Origin: Candidatus Binatia bacterium
GTDB taxonomy: Bacteria; Desulfobacterota; Binatia; UBA9968; JAJDTQ01
Assembly: GCA_963666515.2 (NCBI GenBank)
Contig: OY762897.2
Location: 3,680,001-3,744,000 of the forward strand
Direction: 5' to 3'
DNA length: 64,000 bases
Under the pieces are notes generated by a model. The model ran no database searches. It had not been told where the DNA came from and saw only the letters and a program-made list of their open reading frames with translations. Below, one piece after another: positions 9,673-18,305 of the stretch; positions within the stretch are counted from its first letter, which is position 1; the number at the start of each line of letters is the position of its first letter. Position numbers and translations under genes: made by a program.

Positions 9673-10260
9673 CTAACGGCGGAGCTGGAACGGAGCCTCT
9701 TCCCCCGCCATCAGGCGGCGGATGTTCTCCCGGTGGCGCACCACCACCAGGATCCCGATGACGAGGGTCATCCAAAACGTTTCCACCGGATAGGACAGCG
9801 CCCACGCCGCGAGCGGGGCCGCCACGCCCGCGGCCATGGAAGCCGGCGACACCCGGCGGCTGCCCAGGACCACCAGCACGAAAACCCCCAGCACGGCCAG
9901 GAGGCCCAGGGGCATGGCCGCCAGGTAGACGCCGCCCGCGGTGGCCACGCCCTTGCCGCCCTTGAATCTCAGGAACACCGGATAGAGATGGCCCGCGAAG
10001 GCGGCCAGACCGGCAGCCGCGGCCGCGGCCGCCCCGAGGTCCAGCAGGTGGGCCGCAAGAACCGGCAGGAACCCCTTGGCGACGTCGAAGAAGAGCGTCA
10101 GGAGACCCCTTTTCCACCCCAGCGTCCGGGCCACGTTGGTGGCGCCGATGTTGCCGCTTCCGGCGCTGCGCACGTCCACACCCGCGGACGATCCTACCAG
10201 GAAGCCGGAGGGAACGGATCCCAGGAGATAGGACAGTATCGTCAGGATGATCGGCACCAT
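9673..10260 (-). CDS. plsY: Glycerol-3-phosphate acyltransferase PlsY
   Basis: SYLLGSVPSG, DVRSAGSGNIGATNVAR, GHLYPVFLRFKGGKGVAT, RHRENIRRL. ATG at 10260. Confidence 0.95.
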   Translation of the reverse strand: MVPIILTILSYLLGSVPSGFLVGSSAGVDVRSAGSGNIGATNVARTLGWKRGLLTLFFDVAKGFLPVLAAHLLDLGAAAAAAAGLAAFAGHLYPVFLRFKGGKGVATAGGVYLAAMPLGLLAVLGVFVLVVLGSRRVSPASMAAGVAAPLAAWALSYPVETFWMTLVIGILVVVRHRENIRRLMAGEEAPFQLRR

Positions 10261-10307
10261 GATGGCATCCAACCGGCCTGTCGGCCGGCGTTGTTCCCTT
10301 GCCGGAC

Positions 10308-10340
10308 AAAAAAAGGGAGGAAGCCCAAGGCCTCCTCCCT
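10308..10340 (-). terminator. Rho-independent terminator after the cupin gene
   Basis: Minus strand AGGGAGGAGGCC-TT-GGGCTTCCTCCC followed by a run of T. Confidence 0.8.
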
Positions 10341-10359
10341 CGGTCAAAAGGCCTTGCCC

Positions 10360-11457
10360 TTACGCCGCGGGCTTCACGTACACGTTGGGGTCCATGCGCG
10401 ACTCCGCCCCGAGCCTGGTCATGTCGGACTCGAACATTTCGCGGATGTATGCCGGCTGGTCGTAGTACTCGATCTGGTTGCCGCCCGACTTCACGTCCTT
10501 GTCGACCTTGGAGATGTCTCCGTAACCCTCGCCCATGCTGTGCTTGATGCCGCCGAAACGCAACGGCAGGTAGCGCGCGCCGGTGGGGCCCAGGTTGAAG
10601 TGCTGGTGGAACATCATCTCCGGCGGCACGAACACGCTGCCGTCCTGCCAGTCGTAGCGCTTGGGCTCCTCGCCTTCCCACCAGAACAGCGAGAAACCCT
10701 GTCCCTTGATGATGATGACGTTGAAGCCGGGCCCGTGGCGGTGGGCCTTCTTGTAGGTCCCCACCGGGAACTCGGAAATGTGCGCCGCCATGGTGCCGTC
10801 GCACATCTCCAGGAAAACGTTCTTGCCGCCCGCGCCGCGCTCCTTCCACTCCTGGAGGTTGAAGGTGCGGGTGTCGGCGATGAAATTGGTCTCCCAGATG
10901 CGGCCGGGGTGCTGCGTGCCCTGGCTGGAGAAGAAGTCCGGCCGCCCGTCGAAGCGGTCCACGAAGTCGTAGGGGGTGTTGAAGATGAATTCCTCGTTGT
11001 GGAACAGGCTGAAGACGATGGGCATGTTGTTAACCGAGAACAGCCGCGCCGGCTTGTCGCCCTGGCCGTTGAAGTGCTGGTGATGCACGTTCAGCGGGAC
11101 CGAGATGAGGCTCCCTTCCTGCCACTCGAAGGTCTGCTTGGAACCGTTGTCGTTCCAGATGGTGGTGGCGCCGCGGCCCTGTACCACCAGGATCAGCTCC
11201 TCGTAGAGGTGGCGCATGGGGTTCAGGCTCTTGCCCGGCGCGATCTCCACGATGTAGGCCCCGGTGGCGTCGCCCGCTCCCTCCATGTTGAACAGGGTGC
11301 CGTCACCGCCCATGCGGTCCCACCACTTGAGCGGAACCTCCTTCAGGTCCTTGATGAAGAAGGTCTCGACAATTGGAACTCCCTCGCCTTTCTGCCATTT
11401 ATAGAAGAAAGGGATGTTGTCCATCGTGGTCTCGATCTGTTCCGCGGGCTTGGCCAT
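10360..11457 (-). CDS. Bicupin protein (gentisate dioxygenase-like cupin family)
   Basis: Two cupin motif pairs: RHLYEE...VPLNVHHQHFN and KAHRHGPG...PPEMMFHQHFN. ATG at 11457 with GGAGG RBS. Confidence 0.85.
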   Translation of the reverse strand: MAKPAEQIETTMDNIPFFYKWQKGEGVPIVETFFIKDLKEVPLKWWDRMGGDGTLFNMEGAGDATGAYIVEIAPGKSLNPMRHLYEELILVVQGRGATTIWNDNGSKQTFEWQEGSLISVPLNVHHQHFNGQGDKPARLFSVNNMPIVFSLFHNEEFIFNTPYDFVDRFDGRPDFFSSQGTQHPGRIWETNFIADTRTFNLQEWKERGAGGKNVFLEMCDGTMAAHISEFPVGTYKKAHRHGPGFNVIIIKGQGFSLFWWEGEEPKRYDWQDGSVFVPPEMMFHQHFNLGPTGARYLPLRFGGIKHSMGEGYGDISKVDKDVKSGGNQIEYYDQPAYIREMFESDMTRLGAESRMDPNVYVKPAA

Positions 11458-11553
11458 GAGTTCCTCCGAATCTTCACGAAAATTCAAGAAGGTACGTCTT
11501 ACATGAGGCATATCGAAAATACAAGAACCGGCGGGCCGTGGAGGCCCGACCCG

Positions 11554-12354
11554 ATGGCTCGCTTCCGCGCAGCCTGCCTGTGCGCCGCGCTGCTTGCCGC
11601 TGTCGTCGCCGCGATGGCGCCGGAGACCGCAGCCGCGGAGGATTTCTACTTGCGGGCGGGGTTCACCGTCGAGGGGTCGAAAACCGGGCGGTTCATGGAC
11701 AAGGACTGTTCGAGCCAGTCGCCCGCGGCGCTCTATGGCTGCGGCGCCGGTGTCGACGGCGCCCCCCGTAGCTCCCTCGGCGACTTCGAAACCGGGGGAG
11801 GGCTCGATCTCGGGCTCGGATATGCCGCCACGTCCGCCCTGCGGCTCGAAGCCCTCGCCCGGTATCACCCGCGCTTCTCGTTCAAGGGCCGCGCCAACTT
11901 CAATCAGACCGCGGGCAGGCAGGACGTTGCCGCGGACCTGTCCACCCTGACCGGCATGCTCGCGGCCTACGTGGACCTCCCGGCCCTCGGCCTCCCCAGG
12001 ATCGGCCCCTTCAGCCCGTTCGTCGGCGCCGGCGCCGGCCTGTCGCGGGTCCGCATCGGTGAAATGCGCATGCACTTCCCCAGGACCACGACCGTCGTTC
12101 CGGGCGGACGGCGGACCGGCTTCGCCTGGATGGTGACGTCAGGGTTCAGCGTCTCCCTGGGGTCGTTGTGGGAAAACGTGACGCTCGACCTGGCGTGGCG
12201 TTATACCGACTACGGCGTCGTGGAAACCGGCGAGGGCAAGGGCCGGATCGAGTGGCGCGACGGCAGCCGGGAACCGCTGGACCTCGACCTCGCGCCGACC
12301 AAGGCCGATCTGCGGCGCCACGGATTCGCGGCATCCCTGCGCTACGCGTTTTAG
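11554..12354 (+). CDS. Outer-membrane beta-barrel protein (opacity/OmpA-like membrane domain)
   Basis: Signal peptide, GLGY..LRLE, AYVDL, PFVGAGAGLSRV, LDLAWRYTDYG, C-terminal aromatic LRYAF. GGAGG RBS before ATG 11554. Confidence 0.85.
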   Translation: MARFRAACLCAALLAAVVAAMAPETAAAEDFYLRAGFTVEGSKTGRFMDKDCSSQSPAALYGCGAGVDGAPRSSLGDFETGGGLDLGLGYAATSALRLEALARYHPRFSFKGRANFNQTAGRQDVAADLSTLTGMLAAYVDLPALGLPRIGPFSPFVGAGAGLSRVRIGEMRMHFPRTTTVVPGGRRTGFAWMVTSGFSVSLGSLWENVTLDLAWRYTDYGVVETGEGKGRIEWRDGSREPLDLDLAPTKADLRRHGFAASLRYAF

Positions 12355-12396
12355 AGCCCTCACGTCATCGCTGTTTCCATCGCCGGGAGATCTTAC

Positions 12397-13584
12397 ATGT
12401 GGATCAATGAACAACGGGCGAAACGGGTGCTGGCCGGAAGGGACCTCGACGGCCTGATGGCCGCCACCAACATTCCCAACGTCTTCTACCTGAGCGGCGT
12501 GTGGCGCCGGCAGGACATCGCCGCCATCGTCACCCGGGACGCGGTGACCGCGCCCTGGCTGGTGATTCCCCGTTCGGAGGTGGACTACATGGTGGACACG
12601 GTCCCGCCGGCCGGGGTGGCCACCTACGGAACCTTCCACCGCGTCATGGAGGACAACGGGCCGCTCACGCCGCGCGAGCAGCGCATCCGCGAGCTGGGCA
12701 TCGACCTGGAGCCGGTGGAGGACTTCTTCGAGGGCATCGTCCGCACGCTGGAGAACGCAGGCCTCGACCGCAGCCGGCTCGGCTACGACGAGCGGGGACT
12801 GGACCCGGCCCTGGCGGTGCGGCTCCAGGAGCGGCTGCCGCACCTGGAACTGGTGCCGGCCATGTCGGCGTTCCGCGAGATCCGCATGGTCAAGACCGCC
12901 GCCGAGATCGAGCGCATGACCGAGGCGGTACGCATCACCGAGCAGTCCATCTACGAGGCCGCCAACGAGGCCCGTGAGGGCATGACCGAGGCGGAGATGT
13001 GCCTCGCCTTCGACCTGGGCCAGGTGCGGCGCGGCGCCGAGCCCAACATGAACCACGTGGGCTTCGGGCGGAGCGCCGCCCTGGGCATGACCAACGTCCC
13101 GGACGACACGCTCAAGGTCGGCGACATGATCCGCTTCGATGTGGGATGCCTCTACAAGGGCTACTTGACGGACATGTCGCGGACGTTTTCGTTCGGGCCG
13201 CCGGACGACAAATTCTCCAGTTATTACAACGCGGTACTCAAAGGCCAAGATCTGGCCCTCGGCCTCGTCAAGCCGGGCAAGGTCGCTTCCGAGATATTCA
13301 ACGAGACGGTGGCGGAAGTGCGCGAAACCGGCATCCCGCATTACGCCCGCCAGCACGTGGGACACGGCATCGGCCTGGGTCTCGGCGGCTACGACCGCCC
13401 CACCATCTCCCCCGGCGACGACACGCCCCTGGAGGCCGACATGGTGCTGTGCATCGAGACCCCCTACTACGAGATGGGCTGGGGCAGCGTCCAGGTGGAG
13501 GACATGATCGTGGTCACCGAGGACGGCTACCGCCGGCTCACGTCGGTGCCCCGGCACCTCCAGGTGCTGGAGCCCCGTTCGTGA
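12397..13584 (+). CDS. Xaa-Pro aminopeptidase/creatinase family (M24) peptidase
   Basis: RMVKTAAEIE, FDVGC..GYLTDMSRT, HVGHGIGL, CIETPYY, VQVEDMIVVT. Confidence 0.92.
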   Translation: MWINEQRAKRVLAGRDLDGLMAATNIPNVFYLSGVWRRQDIAAIVTRDAVTAPWLVIPRSEVDYMVDTVPPAGVATYGTFHRVMEDNGPLTPREQRIRELGIDLEPVEDFFEGIVRTLENAGLDRSRLGYDERGLDPALAVRLQERLPHLELVPAMSAFREIRMVKTAAEIERMTEAVRITEQSIYEAANEAREGMTEAEMCLAFDLGQVRRGAEPNMNHVGFGRSAALGMTNVPDDTLKVGDMIRFDVGCLYKGYLTDMSRTFSFGPPDDKFSSYYNAVLKGQDLALGLVKPGKVASEIFNETVAEVRETGIPHYARQHVGHGIGLGLGGYDRPTISPGDDTPLEADMVLCIETPYYEMGWGSVQVEDMIVVTEDGYRRLTSVPRHLQVLEPRS

Positions 13585-13678
13585 CGGCGGCGGCGACACC
13601 CAGGCCGAGCGCGAGATGCGCGCGTTCATGGAGGGCAATTGTCTCCAGGGCAGCATACACCTTCCAGGGACAACCTTC

Positions 13679-13724
13679 TTGACAATGCAGGAGGTAAAAA
13701 CTAATTTTAACTCAATTAGCTTTT
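13679..13724 (+). promoter_or_regulatory. Sigma70 promoter with overlapping inverted repeat upstream of fic
   Basis: TTGACA (13679-13684), 17 nt, TAATTT (13702-13707). Imperfect inverted repeat AAAAACTAATT-N7-AATTAGCTTTT (13696-13724). Confidence 0.65.
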
Positions 13725-13739
13725 CATTCACCACAAGCG

Positions 13740-15086
13740 ATGAAAATCCCACCATCCCCACCGGGCTACGAGGACATCCTGTTGAACCTCAAGGACCCCA
13801 CTCAAGTGAGGCGGATGGCGGAGATCCTTGTAAACGGAGGGGTTGGAGCGGCGCATGGCGGGCAATATCGGCACTGGGAAAGCTTGAGACATCTCCGGCC
13901 TCCGGAAGGACTCTCCTCCGAGGAGTGGTGGGCCGCGGTCAAACTCGCACGCCGCCAACTTCGAAGGACCATCCCACTGGAGGACAAGGACGGACGGCCG
14001 TTCGCCTACACCCTCGCGGACCCAGTACTTGAACTCCTCCACGAAATCCATCGCGACACGAGCAGCAGGATTACGACAAGTGACCAGATAGGCAATCCAC
14101 AAACCAGGGAGAGATTCATCGAGAGTTCCCTGATAGAGGAGGCCATCACTTCGAGCCAGCTTGAAGGGGCGTCCACGACGCGCGAGGCCGCGAAGCAGAT
14201 GATCCGCTCCGGCCGAAGTCCGGTGGATCGAAGCGAGAGGATGATCCTCAACAATTATCGGGCCATCCGCCTCATCAAGAACTTCAAGGACGAACCCTTG
14301 ACCCCGGACATCATCTTCCAGATTCACAGGATGCTTGTTGGTGGCACATTGGACACGGTAGCCGGATCAAACTACCTGAGAAGGCCGGGAGACGGCATTG
14401 CGGTCTATCACGACGCTGACGGGACCTTGCTCCACATCCCGCCGCCCGCGAAGGAAATCAGGCGCCGAATGGCTGCCATGTGCGATTTCGCGAACCGGAG
14501 ACAACCTGACGCCTTCCTGCACCCGATACTCAAGGCCATCATCCTGCATTTCTGGCTTGCCTATGACCATCCGTTTGTCGACGGCAACGGCAGGACCGCG
14601 AGGGCGTTGTTTTACTGGTCGGCGCTCTCAGATGATTTCTGGATGTTCGAGTTTCTCTCGATTTCGAGGATAATTCGGAAAGCCCCGGCCCGGTACGGGC
14701 GGTCGTTCCTCTACACCGAGACCGACGAGAATGACCTGACCTACTTCATTCTGGCGCAACTCCAGGTCATACGACGCGCGATGGATATCCTGTACGCTTA
14801 CCTTGACAAGAAGGCTCTGGAAATCCGCACCATTGAGCAGATCATCCGCTCTTCCGTTTCGATAAACCATCGACAACTCGCCCTCCTGGGACATGCCCTG
14901 CGACACCCTGGCGTGCGCTATACGATCGCGGGCCACAAAAAGACCCATGGCGTCACGTACCAGACCGCCAGGACCGACCTCCTCGAACTTGCCTCCCGGG
15001 AACTGCTTGACAAGACCAAGACGGGGCGTTTCTTCAGCTTCACGGCCCCCAACGACTTGGCGAAGAGGCTTCAGGCATGGTCCTAA
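13740..15086 (+). CDS. Fic family protein with C-terminal HTH
   Basis: Canonical HPFVDGNGRTAR, N-terminal inhibitory SSQLEG motif, C-terminal GVTYQTARTDLLEL wHTH-like segment. Confidence 0.93.
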   Translation: MKIPPSPPGYEDILLNLKDPTQVRRMAEILVNGGVGAAHGGQYRHWESLRHLRPPEGLSSEEWWAAVKLARRQLRRTIPLEDKDGRPFAYTLADPVLELLHEIHRDTSSRITTSDQIGNPQTRERFIESSLIEEAITSSQLEGASTTREAAKQMIRSGRSPVDRSERMILNNYRAIRLIKNFKDEPLTPDIIFQIHRMLVGGTLDTVAGSNYLRRPGDGIAVYHDADGTLLHIPPPAKEIRRRMAAMCDFANRRQPDAFLHPILKAIILHFWLAYDHPFVDGNGRTARALFYWSALSDDFWMFEFLSISRIIRKAPARYGRSFLYTETDENDLTYFILAQLQVIRRAMDILYAYLDKKALEIRTIEQIIRSSVSINHRQLALLGHALRHPGVRYTIAGHKKTHGVTYQTARTDLLELASRELLDKTKTGRFFSFTAPNDLAKRLQAWS

Positions 15087-15282
15087 CGCAGACCGGGGGC
15101 GACGGATCGCTGACGCTGGCTCGGCAGGCGCGGGCTACGCACGCGCGCCGACGGCCCTCACGGCATTCACGAATTCCCTCACCCTTCTGGATGGGGCCCG
15201 GAGATTTGAGGTCCGCATACCCAGGCTCACGGGCAGGGCCGGAAAGATCGGCCTGATGACGGTGCCGCGGTAGTCGCGGATA

Positions 15283-15600
15283 GGCACGACGGCCAAGCTG
15301 TGCGTGGTGGAGGATGGAGAACCGTCCATAACCTATCTCGCCCGGGAAAGCTCGCTGCCGGCGGAGCGCGTGGCCTGGGGCATCGTCGACGTGGTCAATG
15401 AGAACATGGCCGGCGCCGCTCGGGTCCACATAGCGGAGCACGGCCGGGACCCCTCCCACTTCGTGCTCGTCGCCACCGGCGGCGGTCCGCTGCATGGGTA
15501 CTATGTCGGCAAGAAACTGGGGGTCCGGCAGGTGCTTTGTCCGTCGGGCGCGGGCGTCGCCTCGGCCATCGGTCTGTTGCGCGCGCCGGGTCGACGAGAT
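15283..15600 (+). pseudogene. Remnant of hydantoinase A/5-oxoprolinase family gene
   Basis: GTTAKLCVVEDGEP directly joined to AWGIVDVVNENMAGAARVH...GRDP..FVLVATGGGPLH...PSGAGVASAIGLL. These are non-adjacent blocks of HyuA-like proteins, and both ends of the gene are missing. Confidence 0.75.
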
Positions 15601-15699
15601 CCTGCACGACTACCGCCTCAAGGACCTCGACCGATCGCGTGCTGGAGATTGCCCGTGGTTTCCGTGACGTCGGGGGCCCGGTCGAAACGTAATCCCAAC

Positions 15700-16968
15700 A
15701 TGAGCCACCTCACCGGTCTCTCTTGCATCCGCTGCGGCGCCTCCTTCGGCATCGAGCCCCGCTTCGACGGGTGCCCGCAATGCCGAACCCAGGCACCCGC
15801 CAACCTGACGCCGCGTTACAACCTCGACGACGCCGCCAGGACGCTCTCCACGAAGTCGTTGGGCGATCGCCCCGCCGGCATGACGCGCTACCGCGAACTG
15901 CTGCCTCCGGACGTCCAGGATGCCCCTACCCTGGGCGAAGGGGAGACCCCGCTGCTTCGCTGCCAGCGCTACGGGCGCCGCCTCGGGCTTGACCGGCTCT
16001 ACCTCAAGGACGAATCGCAGAACCCGTCGGGCTCCTTCAAGGACCGGCTGGCCTTCACCGCCCTGGCCATGGCCGGGCGGTTCGGCGCCAAGGCCGTGGG
16101 GGTCAGCTCGACCGGCAACGCCGGCGCCGCGGCCGCGGCCTACGCCGCCCGCGCCGGGCTCCCCTGCATCGTGCTCACCGTGCAGGGCGCGGCCTCCGCC
16201 ATCGTCACCCAGATGCAGGCCTACGGCGCCATGGTGGTGGCCACCCGCACCAAGGCCGACCGCTGGAAGTTGCTGCAAACCGGGGTGGCCGAGTGGGGCT
16301 GGTATCCGACCTCGCCTTATTTCGGCCCGCCGGTGGGCAGCAACCCCTACGGCGTGGACGGCTACAAGACCCTCGCCTACGAGGTCTGCGAGCAGATGGA
16401 TTGGGAGGCGCCCGACTGGTGCGTGCTGCCGGTAGCGTACGGCGATGCGCTGTTCGGCATGTGGAAGGGTTTCGACGAGCTGGCGCGGCTCGGCTTCATT
16501 CACCAGCAGCCGCGCATGGCGGCCGCGGAGATGGCTGGCTGTCTCACGGCGGCGCTGGCTTCCGGCGAGGATGCCATTCCCGAGATCACGGCGCCGTCAC
16601 CCTACGTGGCCGGCTCCATCAGCGTGAACCAGAGCACCTACCAGGCGCTGCACGCGCTACGGGCGTCGGGCGGGATTGCCTGTGTAGCGGAGAACGACGA
16701 ATTGCTCGGCCTGCAACGGGAACTGGCCGCGGACGAGGGCATCTACGCCGAGCCGTCCTCCCTCGCCGCCCTTGCCGCGTTAGGCCGCCTGTGCGAAGAA
16801 GGCCGCATCGGCGGGAACGAAACGGTCATCGTCGTCAACACCGCCAGCGGCCTCAAGGACACCGCCGCCACCGCCGCTGCCGCACCGGAGATCCCCACCG
16901 TGGACGGCGACGCCATGCAATTCCTGGAGACCCTGAAAGATGCCTACGGATATCGTCCGAAGGCATGA
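15700..16968 (+). CDS. thrC: Threonine synthase-like PLP-dependent enzyme (fold type II)
   Basis: N-terminal CxxC..CPxC, TLGEGETPL, KDESQNPSGSFKDR (PLP lysine), SSTGNAG, EPSS. ATG at 15700. May be a paralogue with another substrate. Confidence 0.8.
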   Translation: MSHLTGLSCIRCGASFGIEPRFDGCPQCRTQAPANLTPRYNLDDAARTLSTKSLGDRPAGMTRYRELLPPDVQDAPTLGEGETPLLRCQRYGRRLGLDRLYLKDESQNPSGSFKDRLAFTALAMAGRFGAKAVGVSSTGNAGAAAAAYAARAGLPCIVLTVQGAASAIVTQMQAYGAMVVATRTKADRWKLLQTGVAEWGWYPTSPYFGPPVGSNPYGVDGYKTLAYEVCEQMDWEAPDWCVLPVAYGDALFGMWKGFDELARLGFIHQQPRMAAAEMAGCLTAALASGEDAIPEITAPSPYVAGSISVNQSTYQALHALRASGGIACVAENDELLGLQRELAADEGIYAEPSSLAALAALGRLCEEGRIGGNETVIVVNTASGLKDTAATAAAAPEIPTVDGDAMQFLETLKDAYGYRPKA

Positions 16969-16972
16969 CGCC

Positions 16973-17083
16973 CACACCCGTCATTCCGGCGAAAGCCGGA
17001 ATCCAGGGATGGGGGCAGGGCGGTACCGGCAACCCCACCCCCGCCGCTCCTGGATTCCGGCTTTCGCCGGAATGACGGGTGTG
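16973..17083. repeat. Paired palindromic repeat (GTCATTCCGGCGAAAGCCGGAATCCAG family), 35-bp perfect inverted repeat
   Basis: 16973-17007 CACACCCGTCATTCCGGCGAAAGCCGGAATCCAGG and its exact reverse complement at 17049-17083. Confidence 0.92.
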
Positions 17084-17130
17084 ACATGTCGTCAGATATC
17101 CGCCTTCAAGGAAGGGGTTGACGGGAATCC

Positions 17131-18135
17131 ATGAAGTTCAGCATCCAGCTTCCCACCTGCACCGAGGGCCTCGTGAACCCGGTCCCGTTCGTGGCGCCGG
17201 ACGACTTCATCCGCATGGCGCAGGAAGCCGAGCGGCTCGGCTACGACGCCGTGTGGGGCAACGACCACGTCACCCCGGCGTCCTACGCGCGGCAGAAATG
17301 GCCGGAGCCGCCCAACTTCTACGAGGTGCTGGTGACCCTGGCCGCGGTCGGCGCCCGCACCACCCGCATCCGGCTGGGCACGGCCGTGCTCGTGCTGCCG
17401 CTGCGCGACCCGGTGCTGCTGGCCAAGCAGGTGAGCACCCTGGACCGCTTCACCAACGGCCGGGTCATCCTGGGCACCGGCATCGGCGCCTACCGGGAGG
17501 AGTTCGACGCCCAGTGGCCGCGGCGGAAGGCCGAGCGGCGCGGCGACCTGCTGGACGAGAGCCTGGCGGCGCTGCAATGCCTGTTCCGGGACACGGACGC
17601 CACCTACGAGAGCCGGCACATCGCCTTCCGGCACATCGCCATGCGCCCCAAGCCGCTGCAGGACCCGCTGCCCATCTTCGTGGGCGGACACAACGAGGCC
17701 ATGATCCGGCGCGCGGCCCGGCTCGGCCAGGGGTGGCTGCCGGGCTGGCGGCCCTTCGAGCAGATCGTCGAGCGCGTGGCATTGCTACGCAGGCTGACGG
17801 AGGAAGCCGGACGGGAACCCAGAGCGGTAGAGGCATGCTCCCAGTTCACCCTGTGCATCGGCAAGACCGTGGAGGAGGCGCGGGCCCGCTACCGCAGCAC
17901 CGGCATGGTCCAGCACCGGGTGTCCCTGGCGCACACCGGCCGAGACCCGGCCCTGGCCGAGACCCACAACCTCATCGGCAGCCCGGCCAGCATCCTGGAG
18001 CAGGTGGCGTTCCTGGACAAGGCCGGCATCGACCACATCTGCGCCTTGCAGTTCCCCTCGGACACGGGCGCGGAGATGCTGGAGCAGATCCAGTGGCTGG
18101 CCGAGGAGGTCATGAAGCCGTTCAACGGAGGTTGA
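17131..18135 (+). CDS. LLM class (luciferase-like) flavin/F420-dependent oxidoreductase
   Basis: AERLGYDAVWGNDH, TTRIRLGTAVLVLPLRDPVLLAKQVSTLD...GRVILG.GIG, PKPLQ.PLPIFVGG. Confidence 0.92.
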   Translation: MKFSIQLPTCTEGLVNPVPFVAPDDFIRMAQEAERLGYDAVWGNDHVTPASYARQKWPEPPNFYEVLVTLAAVGARTTRIRLGTAVLVLPLRDPVLLAKQVSTLDRFTNGRVILGTGIGAYREEFDAQWPRRKAERRGDLLDESLAALQCLFRDTDATYESRHIAFRHIAMRPKPLQDPLPIFVGGHNEAMIRRAARLGQGWLPGWRPFEQIVERVALLRRLTEEAGREPRAVEACSQFTLCIGKTVEEARARYRSTGMVQHRVSLAHTGRDPALAETHNLIGSPASILEQVAFLDKAGIDHICALQFPSDTGAEMLEQIQWLAEEVMKPFNGG

Positions 18136-18305
18136 AGCAGATAGGAGAGGCATGCCGCGCGGACCTTACGCGCCCGTTCAACTGGCCACACGGAGGTTTC
18201 CTGAGCGTCACCCGCGTGAGCGATGCGAGCCTCTTGCCACGCCGGAACCGCGTGTTATGCTTCCCGGATCGGTAGCTGAGCTTCTGTCAAGACTGCGGAG
18301 TTCCT

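Noticed and set aside
9733-11553. Apparent 873-aa protein ending in the beta-barrel
   Set aside because: The upstream part is antisense to plsY and the cupin; the barrel has its own RBS and signal peptide at 11554.
15080-15230. Integron attC site after fic (CCTAAC at the stop)
   Set aside because: No matching GTTRRRY end or long imperfect palindrome, and no integron integrase in the window.
16973-17083. CRISPR array
   Set aside because: Two inverted copies rather than direct repeats with spacers; no cas genes.
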